Shown in pieces: positions 37,449 to 55,964 of a DNA stretch of 64,000 nucleotides (the stretch's first letter is position 1; each line of letters starts with the position of its first letter). This DNA is from Gekko japonicus (Eukaryota). A program made the translations under genes and the position numbers. Below the pieces are notes generated by a model. That model worked only from the letters and a program-made list of their open reading frames with translations. It made no database searches and was not told the DNA's origin. Where the stretch lies: assembly GCF_001447785.1 (NCBI RefSeq), contig NW_015170912.1, forward strand, positions 186,001 to 250,000, read 5' to 3'.

Positions 37449-37936
37449 CCTGTAAGGAGTCTGAGCAGATCAGTGCTGCAACACTGTTCTTTCTCTCCCT
37501 TGCTGTCCATGTAAGATGCTCTTTCTCTAGAGTTCCCATCCCTCAAACCCACCCATGTGTGTTCTAAGTGTGCACAACAGGAGGCATGATGTAGTCCTTC
37601 CTATGTACCCTGTCATTTGAATTATGGGTGTCATGGACTGGGCTTTATATTGCCCTTTGGACAGCTGTAGTTTGATGCAAATTTGGGGCTTGAAGGTGTG
37701 GTGGGAGGCAGGGGTCATCTGTATTTTCACTCTGCATATGCTGCATAAGAATTGTAAAGGTTATGCAGGATTAATGTAACATTTTGACAGTGCTGTGGGG
37801 TGTCCCCAGGGTTGTGGAGACTGAAGGGACCATCTAAGCTCTGCTCTACCACCAACACACTCCTGGTGCCATTCATTTCTAGAGCAGTGCTGCTGGAGCA
37901 ATATCTGCATGTCTAGGCACTGAAGTGTCTCTAGAC

Positions 37937-38251
37937 CAGGGGTGGCCAAACTTGCTTAATGTAAGAGCCACACAGAATAAACATCAGATGTTTGAGAGCC
38001 GCAAGACATTAACAAATATTACACGTTTTTACTGGGAAATATGCAGATTTGCTTGTTATTATTAACATTAAATGAGGCTGCCAAAAATAATAACAAAAGG
38101 GGTAAAAACAGATATTGATAATGATATTTATTTGTCCAATGAAAATTTGTTTGCTAATGATATTTAGCTTCCCCGGCTGCCCTGCCGGGAGCCGCACAAC
38201 ATGTGTGAAAGAGCCGCATGTGGCTCCCGAGCCACAGTTTGGCCACCCCTG
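37937..38251. mobile_element. hAT-Charlie/Buster-like MITE
   Basis: TIR CAGGGGTGGCCAAACT / AGTTTGGCCACCCCTG; TSD CTCTAGAC (NTCTAGAN target). Confidence 0.9.
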
Positions 38252-38992
38252 CTCTAGACAGACCAGTGTGTCTTCAGGCTTTGCCAGCACAGTGCTTAGC
38301 AGCCACCTAAATCTGCTCAGAGGCAAAGGCTTAAAGTGATGCTGCTTGTTTCAGTTCAAAAAGAAATCTGGGGGGGAAACCCACAGGGTTTTACTCAAGG
38401 GTATAAACCAAGGGAAGGGCATGTATTCATATGAGAAGAGATGCTGCTGATGTGCTCCAGGATCACTCCTTTCCAGATTTATTTCTGGGAATTTTCTTTT
38501 GCCTCACTTCTAGAGGTGTTAAATTTCTGGAAATGTTGAAGCCATGGCCGAAAAAGAAGCAGCCCCCTCTTCTTGGAAAAACAGAGTTTTTGAAGGAAAT
38601 TGAAATATATGCAATAATTTCCTATCAAACCCATTTTTCTGCTTAACATAAAATGTATCATGTGTAACTTAGCACATAAAATAGCATTAACTTGTATGTG
38701 TATGGAATTTAATAGGATAAATGCTTCAGGGTCAACAGCCTGTTTTTTTTTTTTTTATTCTAAGGTGATCTGAGCACAGATCTGAACGTCTGGAACGTTT
38801 CATTGGCAGGATAACAAGTTTAGAAGGCAGTGAAATGCTTTCTAAAACAGAACGTATAGCACTTCGGGATGTATAGCATGAAAGTCAAGTCTTTCCCCCC
38901 TTTTCAATGGAAATATTCTGGGGTGGGTTTTTTTGCAGGGGGGGTTGACATAAAATGAAAATGCAAAAATGTAGGAATACTTAATGAACATA

Positions 38993-39226
38993 ATAAGAAC
39001 ATAAGAGACGCCAATGTTGGATGAGGCCAAAGGCCCATCCAGTCCAACACTCTGTGTCACACAGTGGCCAAAAATACCAGTGCCATCAGGAGGTCCACCA
39101 GTGGGGCCAAGACATTAGAAGCCCTCCCACTGTTGACCCCCCCAAGCACCAAGATGACAGAGCATCACTTGCCCCAGAGCCCCTATCTATACCTTGTGGC
39201 TAATAGCCACTGATGGACCTCTGCTC
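38993..39226 (-). mobile_element. CR1 3' end
   Basis: (CATAAGAA)n tail and GCCCATCCAGTCCAACA. Confidence 0.7.
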
Positions 39227-41074
39227 TAATGGACTCACTAACTGAAATGACTCCGTTTATGTTTACTGTTTCAGCCACGAACCACAAACAAATTTCAAAC
39301 AATTAAATGCAAAACGTTAGGAGAGAATGGCCACCACCAGAAATAATTATAAATATACTTTGTTAAAATAATCAATATTGACTTTTTCCTATTGAAATAT
39401 AAGATTTCAGTTCTATTATAAATTTCTCTGGATAGAATCGAATGCCTCACTACAATGAATGGTATGCTACATAGCTGGACACTGAAAACCCAAACTGAAA
39501 CCGGCAATTAAGTTCGCCGGGTGGCCATGAACAAGTCAATGTCTCTCATTCTAACCCACATGACAGGGAGGGTTGCCATACAGACGAGGTAAATATTGCA
39601 AGGTACAGAAAAATGCTAGAAAAATGATGTACGAGTACTGCTTTTGGCTCAATAAATGGCATGAAAGGTAAATCCGTCAGCCTTTAAGGAGCCACAAGAC
39701 AATTTGTTGTGGGCAGCAATCATGCGCACACTTCCCTGGAAGAAAGCTCCATTGAACACAATGAGTTGGATCTAGTGGGAAGGGTTTCCATCAGCAAAAT
39801 GGGACTTTATTGCCTCTCTCATCTTGCTACAGCCCAAAGGGTTTCCCAGAAATGCTGCTTGTGGGGGATGGGGGGGGGGGGCAGGAACAGCATGTGGGGC
39901 GGGGATCTGCAGTGGAAGGAGGGAAACCAGAAAAATCCCCCCAGTTGTGTTTCTTGAAATCTACCACTGGATCCAATCCAATGGGACACCTCCAAATATG
40001 CAGGCACAGGACTGGTCTGCCACAAGGTTACCCTCTCTATAAATTAATGATGCTATTTGTTAAACTTAATTTGCCAATTTTCTCCAGTTATCTGAATCCA
40101 CCATATGTCCCTGTTTTTGCTCAATATCAGCATAATGTTGGATGACTCAGAAAGGAGAACAGGCGTCCTAATACTTTAATATGTATGCAGAACAGGGAAT
40201 CTGAGCTCCTGCCAAGTCTTTCTCTTTCATATAATTATTAAATTACAGGTGTCCTATCCATCATTGCTTCTCATCAGCTCATATAAAGAATACTGCTATT
40301 TATTCAATCCGTTGGTTAGCTAAACGTTTGAGATAACACACACGAACACACACAAGGAAGTTCCTCTAGCTGAGATTGTACCACTAACATGTCAGTCTGT
40401 GCCTCTTAACTAAGTCTAAGAAATGATTGTTCTGCCATCTAGTGGTGAAAGGTTTTTTCAATATTAGCAAAGCTGGCTCTTAAATACGGAATACCAAAGG
40501 TTGCTTATGAAGCTTATGGCTGTGATAAATTATAATAACACCTAGTAGTGATGAAACAACCGTATATCAATAAAAGGAAGATAAATTAATCAGATGATTA
40601 ATAAAAGTCACAACAGAGTGCCACTATTAGTGCCAGTACAGAGCATAAGCACTACTAATGAAATAACTAAAAAGTTGGGGGAGGGGGTTCATCCAAGAGC
40701 TTTTACTTCTATGAGGATAAACATTTATTCATTTAGTTTATTTATACCCCACTTCTGTCCCCAATGGGGATCCAAAGTGGCTTACAACATTCTTCCCTTC
40801 TCCATTTTATCCTCAAAACAACCCTGTGAGGTTAGGTTGAGAGTGTGTGACTGGGTCAAGGTCACCCAGCAAGTTTCCATGGCAAAGTAGGGATTCAAAT
40901 GTGGGTTTCCCGGATCTTAGCCCAACACTCTAGCCTTCTACCATGCAGGCTTGCCTATCATACAATAAGCAACAGTATTTAGCTTAGCAATCAGAAAGAG
41001 CAGGCCGTGATGGTTCACCAAGTCCAAATAAGATGAAGAGGGAGGGGAAAAAATCAGCCATCAACAATAGATCC

Positions 41075-41743
41075 GTGAGATGGTATCTCACGCCTGTAAA
41101 ATTGGCGCACATATATACAAATACTTCACCACTGTGTTGGAAGCGATGTGGTCAGAAAGCATCATACATACACACATGGTGGGATTGTCCGGTTGTTGCT
41201 CAATATTGGAAATACATTATCCAGAATATCCAAGCTTTAACAGGTTACAACTTACCATATGACCCGGCATTGATTTTGCTTCATCTTTGGCCTGCAGATG
41301 GTGTACCTGAAATTAAGAAAAAGCTAATTAATGTTCTGTTAATAAATAGCTGCTAAAGTGTTATTAGCAAGCAAATGGAAAGCAGACTCCACTCCAACGA
41401 TGCAACAATGGTTGCACAAAGTCTGGGATTTTTTCTTACAAGAGAAAATCTCGTTCTGGACAAATAATAAAGATGCTGAACAACAGCTGCTTAACCCCAT
41501 GGACAAATGGTACCCTGTATTAGAGAAAATGAACATAGACAAATTTGACTGGGAACAAATAAGAAAACCAAAATATGAAGGGCTATTGTTCGGCTGATGG
41601 TGTAATCTATTGGTAACTAAGCTAATGTAAGTCCATCCAGTATCCATTTATCTTATATAGATACTGGGTATGTTGTTAAGAGTTCATGTGTCTTCTGTAC
41701 TGATTTCTTTTATAATATGTTAATAACATTTTATTTTTAAAAA
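41075..41743 (+). mobile_element. 5'-truncated L1 (ORF2 C-terminus and 3'UTR)
   Basis: RWYLTPVKL...CWKRCGQKASYIHTWWDC; 15-bp TSD ATCAACAATAGATCC at 41060 and 41744. Confidence 0.85.
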
Positions 41744-42989
41744 ATCAACAATAGATCCAGATGAGTATTGTAATACAGGATGCTAAAGATGACCCTTCCC
41801 ATCTTATTCATTAAAATATATATTTATTTATTCCAAATACTTATATGCCCATCTTTCTCCTGAGCAACTCAGGACCCCTTCTATACCCCTATTAGTCCTG
41901 GTTAGATTTGCCACCTTTTTTGGCCCTGATCCCGTGCCTCTTTAGCACCACATTGACATAGAAATCTGTTTATCTTCATGCCAAGCAAAGTTTCACCTGC
42001 TTAGTTCCTCCATGTTTAGCTGCCATTAAAGGCAGATCAGGAAAGTGTCAACTTCATTTATAACCTAGTACAGGTACCTCTATATCAGATCTCCTCAATG
42101 GGATGGGTAACCTTGCTGCTTCCAGCCAAAAGCAAAACAAAAGATCTGAAGCTCCATAGAGAGAAGTAAACAAAATATGTATTAAATATTCATTGCACTT
42201 TTCATGCAAGATCAGAGCTAAAACTAATAATGCCATGTTAAGCAGACAATTGACTTCAATGACATATAAATGTCTAGATTCCGGTACTTGGGAGCATTGT
42301 AATTCATGCCTTCACAGTCAGTTCAGCTTCACTATAGGCTTGCTAGGAAGGTGGCCAATACACAGAGGAAATTGTGATGAAACAAGACTGCCAGCTTGGC
42401 TTTGATAGTAGTGGGATGAAATCTGGGAGGGATGCAAGGTGAATGCTACTGCAGAAGTCACAACATGTGGAGGTCCTGTACTATTTCAACACAGCACTCC
42501 CTGTGAGAGCAGATTACATTACTGATGCTTAGAACCTTGGCTGTAGTGCTGAAGTCACAAGTGTGGCTGCTATGCTTCAAATAAGCAACATAAAGTTCCT
42601 TTGGCAACAGATTTCAGGTGTCAAACTGGTTGCTTTAAAATAGATGTGCAGAACATAACCCACCCCACTTAATGAAGATTGTGTAGGAAGTCAAGATCTG
42701 GTGCTTCTGAACAATGTTGAAGCAGCACTTATTTTATCCCCCCCTCTGGTACATATACCAATGCAGACAGTCCACAGGGCCATCCAATCATGCACACAAT
42801 CTCCCTGCATTTTGAAATGGGAGGAAATTAAGCAAATGAAGCAACCAAACATTCTGCGGAGAGCACTCATTTTTAAAGGTGTAATAAAGACCTTCAAAAA
42901 TCATGTTGATATATTTACAGGTGTCATTCAAAAGACTACCTGTGGGACAAATCTCCACTCACTATTTAGAGTAAATTAGTTAGTGTCAG

Positions 42990-43479
42990 GAATCTCACTC
43001 CCAGTCGTTGTGGGGACGGTTTTCTCCTCTTCTTCGCTCATCTCAGCGGGAGAGATGCGTGAAGGAGGGAAAGGTAGATTCCTAACAGAATGTCAGGACC
43101 CACAGTCAAACAACGGAGCACACACTTCCAAGAAGGTTATACTTTATTGTTAGAACTATGGTTGCAGGAACATGTTCACTGTTAGGAATAACTAATACAT
43201 TGGCAAGCATCAAGAGGTATAGTGCATTCAAACTAACCCCCCCTCCCACCGGTGGGCCAATCGGTCTGACTCCCGTGGACGGGAAGGAAACCCCAGAACA
43301 GTTAGAGCCTGGGAAACGAAACTAGTCCCACGGTTAATTAATGGGGAGGCACTACATAGGCAAGACTACAAGGTCAGAGATAATGAAGGAAGAAGCAGGG
43401 AAAGGAATGTGGCATCCACTGGTACACAGGTCATGCATGCGAACCTGCAGCTATAAACAATATGGCAGCCTAGCTGACA
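42990..43479 (-). mobile_element. Second Tf1/sushi-type element: LTR (43091-43479), self-priming PBS and first gag codons
   Basis: TGTCAG/CTGACA ends. On the minus strand the LTR starts TGTCAGCTAGGCTGCCAT (vs TGTCAGCTATGTTGCCAT at 24872). gag starts MSEEEEKTVPTTTGSE at 43041 (vs MSDGEEKP..PTTTGEG). Confidence 0.85.
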
Positions 43480-46037
43480 GGCATTTTAGACCCACAAATA
43501 ATTTCTTTGCTGCCACAATTATCCTCTCCTTTTTGTAGCCACAATTCCAATAGCAGAATATCAAAAGAGAAAGAGAGAGTAAAAGAGAGCAATTCTAAAC
43601 ACAAGCTGCATCCACATAATGAGGGCTTTCTGTATTGCTTTCAACATGGTGAAAGATAAGGGGAGAAGAAATTACTGTGACGGGAGAAAAAGTCGAACAA
43701 AGAAGGGCAACACTGTCTACATATATCTGGGAGAGAGTTTGTTTTAATTCTGCTCTTCCAACGCAGAGGGTAGAAAGCAGTGACAGTAAAAAGGGGGCTG
43801 AGAATGATATGAGTCTCTTTCGAAATTTGCTGGGGGGGATAGTATTACTGTGAACCTGTTATAAGGTTATTCCAGGCCACTTGCCTGGCAACAGAAGTAG
43901 AATCCTGTTGCTACAAGCCCTGCCCAGGCAGCATGCTTTTCAGGCCAGTCAGGCAGCAGAAGGCCTCAGGTTTTGGCTTTGTACCCATTCAGATGAAGTC
44001 AGCCTGCTTCATAAGGCCAATTCTAAAATACAAGTTAGAGATCTACAGGGCAGCTCAATGGAAGTAAAGTCAGATAAATAAGCATCCCTGCCTCTAGGAA
44101 ATGAAGCCCCTCCCCTTCAGTCACCTCCATCCCTGAAAAGGGATGACCAGGTACCATGAGGAATATGCCTCCTGTACTTTTAACAATTGTGGAGAACAGA
44201 AGGTATTACCTCTGCATGACATGTGGTAGCTGCATTTCCTACAGAGCTATTCCCTAATGTAGAAATGTTGGCCATGATCAAATTGCTAAAAGTAACCACA
44301 TGCAATAGACTTCAATATCTGTGTACCATTTCAGTATCTACAACTTTCCTCAGCTCTGCATCACCTATCCAAATTCCCCCTCCTGTACAACTTTTAAAGC
44401 ACAGAAGCTAGTTCTCTGCTTGGTTAATTCCTCACATCTATCTCCATCCTTTCTCCAAGGACAGTTTCTGGCAGTGGTGGTTGGTGGTGGAGGGAAAGCA
44501 AACTCTGTAGCTGTTTCCCCTTGAGCTGGTGGCTAGAGTCAGGGCAGCCTTTGTAAAAATGTCTGATATTATGACAGACTTGAATAAACAGAAAAGAAAC
44601 AAAATCACGTCTAGGGGTGGGGCTGTTAATGAAGAATTTAAGGAAGAACACTTAAAAAGTGAGGCTATGTCTTCTGATTCAGCAAAAGCATATTTATGTT
44701 TACATTTTATTTCCCATGAGGTAAAGTCCTATGGAGAATTCAATGTAACATAAACAGATATAATGTATAGTGTGTACAGTTAGGCAAGATTGGCAATTAT
44801 TTGGGACCTGACCCCAAAGATGTTTGGAGGATGGGGATGGACAATATTTCTAGATGTTTTCCCCCACTAACATAAGCACAGGGCTCTAACTACTAAACTA
44901 GTTTTCCATGGCACCTTTTCAAAATAGACTTACACAATCTGTCCCATTCTTTATCTGCATATCTGTAGTCTGCCAGCTTTGTGTTGAATTTTTGATGTTG
45001 AGTGATATATATAAATAGACATATATTGGCTCTTTTTCTTTTATTAGAGTACCAGAGTATTGAGTGAGAAGGCTTGCAGTGAATGTGAATGAGGCGTTTA
45101 CAGAGTCAACCGTTAACCCTAAGAGCAGGCGTCTTCTGTTTTCAGTAATGATGTGGTCATCACAGTAATTGATAGGGATCCTATGTTTATGTGAAAGTAA
45201 TTGTATCTCTGTTATACACTAGTCCTTTTTCTGAAGAAGAAACTCGAAATGATTATTAAATCTGGAGTCTTCGTCTTGGATCAATTCCTGGACCTGGGAC
45301 TGGCATTTTTTGAACTGGAAAAAAATGGTGTTTGAAGTTGTTACATAGTGGAATGTTGATGTGTCTCAAATGTATGGAAGTGTGCCCTTCAAATGCTAAA
45401 TAGTTTTATATAGAATTTCATATTTCTGTAATTGTATGGTGATGACTCTTGGATGGTATATAGAGATATAATATGACAAGTGTGATCCTGTAATGTCATA
45501 TTGAAAAATACACTTATGATTTTGAGAAAATAATATACAGAATACTTAGTTTTACAGATCTTTATTAGTGACTACTTCTGATGGATTATGGGTGGAGCTG
45601 GGAGGCAAATCAATAGCGAAACCTCTCTGCTGAGCTAGCTTGGCTGACACTGCGCTTGCAAGAATGTGGATTTATTGGTGAGACCAGCAAAATACTGAAT
45701 GCTTGGCATCAGGATCCCTATGCGGGTCTTGTTTGAAGCGTTCAAAGTGAAAACTGTAACAACTTTTAGAGCACAACTTACTGGGTGTACTGTGGACTGG
45801 AGCAGTTGCTATTTTTGCTGCATCTGGATCAAGCTGTAGTTTAGCAAGTGAAACTTTTCCCGACATAGAGGTAAAATGCATCTCTGTATGTCAGACTGCT
45901 GTTAAAGGCACAGGAACATACTGTGCGCAGTATGACTTACTCCCAAGTAAGTGAGTGTATAACTTTATTACTGCAGTAATACTCTGTCTTTCTCCCTGAT
46001 GGGAACAGCAGTAAGTCTCTGCAGCAACATCTTAAAT

Positions 46038-46424
46038 CAGGGGTGTCAAACATAAGGCCCGGGAGCCCATCCAGGACTCTTATGCGGCCTGTGAGCAACT
46101 GATGCAAGGAAGGGAGCTGGGGGGGGGGATGGGCAGAGCCACTCCTTTATGGCTTTAGCACAGCAGAACAACCTCACCTGCAGCAGTCAATCATCGTGGG
46201 AGCATCTGCCCAGCACTGCACTGCAGCCTCTCTGGTCCACCTCTGTGGGTTTTCCTCTGCACCCCCTCCCACCCCAGGGGGTCTGGCAGTGAGGACACAC
46301 CAATTCGGAGCTTACCAGCTGGTGTCCTTTATACAGTTTCTATCTCCAGTACCTGGCATTATGTTTTATGGCACACATGGCCCGGACCGACAAAGAGACA
46401 TTTATGTCAGATCCAGCACCCCTG
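46038..46424. mobile_element. hAT-Charlie-like MITE
   Basis: CAGGGGTGTC...GCACCCCTG ends; TSD TCTTAAAT / TTTTAAAT. Confidence 0.7.
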
Positions 46425-46953
46425 TTTTAAATATTTGCTACCCTATACAGGCCTGTTTCTATGCATATTTTATTGGCTGTATGTCCCTTAGGGCTTAGTC
46501 CCCTGTAAGTGTGCATAAGATTGCACCCTTAAAAGCCCACTTGACTGTCTCTCATACTAGGGTTGCCAGCTGCAGGTTGGAAAACACCTAGAGATTTGGT
46601 GGGTGGAGCCTGAGGAAGGTGGGGTTTGGGGAGGGGAGGGACTTCAAATGGGGTATAATGCCACAGTGACCATTTTCTCCAGGTGAACTGATACCTGTCA
46701 CCTGGAGATCAGTTGTAATCACAGATCTCCAGCCACCACCTGGAGGTTGGCAAGCCCCACACATTACAATGAATGCTATATGTAGATTGCATGGCCAACT
46801 TTTCAACTGAGTAACAGCCACTTAATGTGCAGATATGAGCAGTCAATGCTGATTTCTGTACAACAAGTGTCTGTTAAAGACATGAGAGCAAGGCAGATCA
46901 TTTCTTCTGGTCATTTAGCAATCCCATATGTGTGTGTGGGGGGGTTAATGCAA

Positions 46954-47300
46954 GAGGGACTGTGGTGGCTCAGAGGTTAAGATGCTGAGCTGCAGACCAG
47001 GAGGTCTGTAGTTCGGCAGTTCGAGACCCGAGTGCCACATGACGGAGTGAGCTCCCGTCTCTGGCCCCAGCTCCTGTCAACCTAGCAGTTCGAAAGCAAG
47101 AAATCGTAAGTAGATAAATAGGTACCGCTTCGGTGGGAAGGTAACAGCGTTCCGTGCGCCTCAGCATTAGTCATGCCGGCCACATGACCACGGAAAGGTC
47201 TTTGGAGAGTGCTGTTCTTCAGCTTGGAAATGGAGATGAGCACCGCAACCCTAGAGTCAGATTCGACTGGCTTTCGAGCAAGGGAAACCTTTACCTTTAC
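46954..47300 (+). mobile_element. Full-length Sauria SINE
   Basis: tRNA-like head, (ACCTTT) tail, TSD TTAATGCAA. Confidence 0.88.
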
Positions 47301-48640
47301 TTAATGCAAAAGAAAACAATGAAAATAGTCCTTTTCAGAAATTTTATGTGCGTACAATGAAAGCACATGTGTATATGCGTGGGCTGTTGGAGGATGGACC
47401 ACGTTGTCAAGTTCCCCACCTGACCTATGCACATTTCACTGGGAAGTATGCAGAGACAAGGGGTGCAGGAGTGTATTTTATGACACCCACAAACCTGGTC
47501 ATGTCAGCCAGTGTCGTACACCACTGGACACATTGCACATTTTGGCTCTGCACTTTCTGCCGCCAAGTCTTGTGCTCCTCCAGCCTCCTTCCCTCCTAAA
47601 ATGACACCTGTGTTCCTGTCACATGCAAAGGATGACCTTGTAAGACTCCACCAGGATGTCCTCATGACATCTACGAACAGAGGGAAACTGTCGCCGTCTG
47701 AAAGAATCTTGTTCGGCTGAACTTTAAAGCCACAGTGCTACACTTGCAAGAACATCTAGGGCTCTACCCCCCAAATTCTAATCCTAGGATCAGTAGCTTA
47801 AATGTGTGCACATTTTTGAATTCCCTTTTGTGCAACCACATAAGCCAATTCAATTTCTGAGGCAAAAACATAGGTCTGCACCTGAAAAGAGACACAGGTC
47901 AGTGGTAAAACACATGGACGAAAGTCCTAAATTGAATTCCTAGTATCCTCCACTTAAAGGATTTCATCAGCGGAGCTGGGAAAGGAGAGCGCCTGCTAGC
48001 CAGAACAGGAAATAGTTGGTAAGAAGACGGGACAATGATTTCATGATATCAGCCATGCAGCATACACCTTGACTTAGAAATAAGTTAAATGGCATCTCAT
48101 TCACACAGAATTCACACATGCCATTTAAAGAGTTCTTCACTCCCCCCTTGTGCACATTTGCAAAACAGAAAGGCAGTTTTAATTGCACGTTTCTAAACTC
48201 TCTAATATCAATGCAGGAAGGCCGATTTACAATCACTTTCAAAACTCCTTGCAATTTACAATCCATACGCAATGTCAGTCTAAGTTAATGGCACATTCCC
48301 AAATAAGTGTGCATGGGATCGCAGTTGGAAATCTCTCCCTCCATCTTAGATGTACAGGGGGTCTGATTGTCATTAACCAAAATCAGGGAAGTCATCCTCT
48401 GCACATGCTCACATGCTTTCATGATAAGGAAAGAAGGACACCTCCCCCCTTTTTTTTCATTTCTGTTGGTTTGGCATTTGTTTGAGACATGGAAGTCTAG
48501 TCAGGAAGAGAAATGGTGGCAACCTGAATGAGAGTCACACTTACTAGGATTAAATCCTGTTTAGTTCAACAAGGTTTACTTATTGAGTTTAGGATAATAG
48601 TCACGTAGGGACAGGTAAGTGTCTTATCTCCACTTATCTC

Positions 48641-48830
48641 GATAGGCCAGGCTTGCCCGATCTCCGAAGCTAAGCAGAGTTGGTTCTGGTTAGTAGTATT
48701 TGTATGGGAGACCTCCCAGGAATACCAATGTCACTATGCAGAGGCACGCAATGGCAAACCACTTGCTAGTCTCTTGCCTTGAGAACCCCATGGGGTCGCC
48801 ATAAATCAGCTGTGACCTGACGGCGCTTTC
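48641..48830 (+). mobile_element. 5S rRNA-derived SINE with RTE/BovB-like tail
   Basis: CCCGATCTCCGAAGCTAAGCAGAGTTGG..TGGTTAGTA..TATGGGAGACCTCCCAGGAATACC matches the 5S A/IE/C box region; tail GCAATGGCAAACCAC..GGGGTCGCCATAA. Confidence 0.75.
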
Positions 48831-49029
48831 TACCCCCACCAAGTACCTACCACAGCCAGACTCGCTGAGATGTGCCTTTATTGTAATGTGATGGAGACCA
48901 GAGCGGCATACTAAATACCGCTGGCCTCGGACTGGGAAAATCCTGGATCCAAATCCAGGTTCACCCTCGATGCAGCTCACCTTTAGTTGAGTCACTACCC
49001 CAACGGACCTTGCAGGGTTTTTTGTTAAT

Positions 49030-49607
49030 GATAAAGTAGGCGGGCCAGGTCCCGGCCCCCCCCCCCCGGTTCCTGGGCACAAAAGGGCGGGATAGAAGCG
49101 TCTTCGCGCCCACAAAGAAAAAGCGCTCTACTTGGGCGCCCTGGCTCTGCTATGAGCACCGCCGCCGCCGGGGGCTTTTTCTACGCGGACTTCCTCGCCC
49201 GAGGCAAAGGGTTAAGCGTCCCCAGTGCCACCCTGTGCTATTAATACCGCGAGCACATGCCGTGACATCGCATTCCCCAACAGGGCGCGCAGATAACTTT
49301 AATTTGCCCTTGCCAGCGTCCCTGGCTGGAGTCCCGTCCCGTCGAGGAAGCGCAGCATGGCGGGTTTGCCCCGGTGCCCTTTCCTGAGGAGGGGTCCCGA
49401 CCAATGTCGACGCGGATCAGCCCCCGGCGAGCCCTTCCTCTTATCGCGAGACCCGGAGGGGTTATAAATAGGCTCCAGAGGCGGGGGGGCCCGCCAGGCT
49501 GAGCGCGGTGCGGTCGGCCTTTGGGGGGGCTTTGCTGGGTGGGGAGGTGCCTGGCGTGGGCGCGCTGAAGGTGAGGCAGAGACGGTGTCGATTGGGGTTG
49601 CTCCAGC
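49030..49607 (+). promoter_or_regulatory. SLC25A4 CpG-rich promoter and 5'UTR: GC box, CCAAT, TATA
   Basis: CpG-dense region; GGGCGG at 49085-49090; CCAAT at 49401-49405; TATAAATA at 49463-49470, ~140 nt upstream of the ATG. Confidence 0.8.
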
Positions 49608-55467
<5,860 letters not shown>

Positions 55468-55779
55468 GAGATTCAAATGGCTCAGTAGGGTCATTCTCTG
55501 TTTTGTAACTTATGTTCATGTGGTTTAATCAGCAACTAAATATTTCCTAGGGAAATGGAGATGGCTATTGTAGGTCAAATCCAGTTCAGAAATCAGGTTG
55601 ATGCATTGTAAGATAGGCAATGGTTGCCCATTAGATCAATTACAAATTTTGTATGGAAAATTTAAGTGCCCTGTGTATATACATATATTTGACAAATCTC
55701 ATTAATATATTCCTATGTTTTAAAGTGCATTTCTTGAAGACTGCTTGTTGCACCATACCTAAACTAAAAATGTGAATTC

Positions 55780-55785
55780 AATAAA
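55780..55785 (+). terminator. Probable SLC25A4 polyadenylation signal
   Basis: First AATAAA ~310 nt after the stop codon, followed by a T-rich downstream stretch. Confidence 0.7.
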
Positions 55786-55964
55786 TATTAAGTCAAAAAT
55801 CCAATTTCCCCCCTTCTTCCTATAATGATATTTTTTTTGTACAGGCAATTTAGAGGACTGTAGCATTTTGAACACGAAGAAATTTCACATTTAAACAAAA
55901 ACAGCCAAAAAAGCTCAACTTTAGAAACATGCTGATGGCTTTGGAACTATCTGAAATCAATGTT

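Noticed and set aside
44760-45530. Possible old Penelope-like remnant (CTGAAGAAGAAACTCGAAA at ~45231)
   Set aside because: Stems and protein similarity are too weak to support by eye.
48641-48730. 5S rRNA gene
   Set aside because: Diverged and fused to an RTE-type tail, so a SINE rather than rDNA.
49571-49606. Possible 5'UTR micro-intron (AAG|GTGAGG ... CTCCAG|CATG)
   Set aside because: Only 36 nt, too short for a vertebrate spliceosomal intron, and with no polypyrimidine tract.
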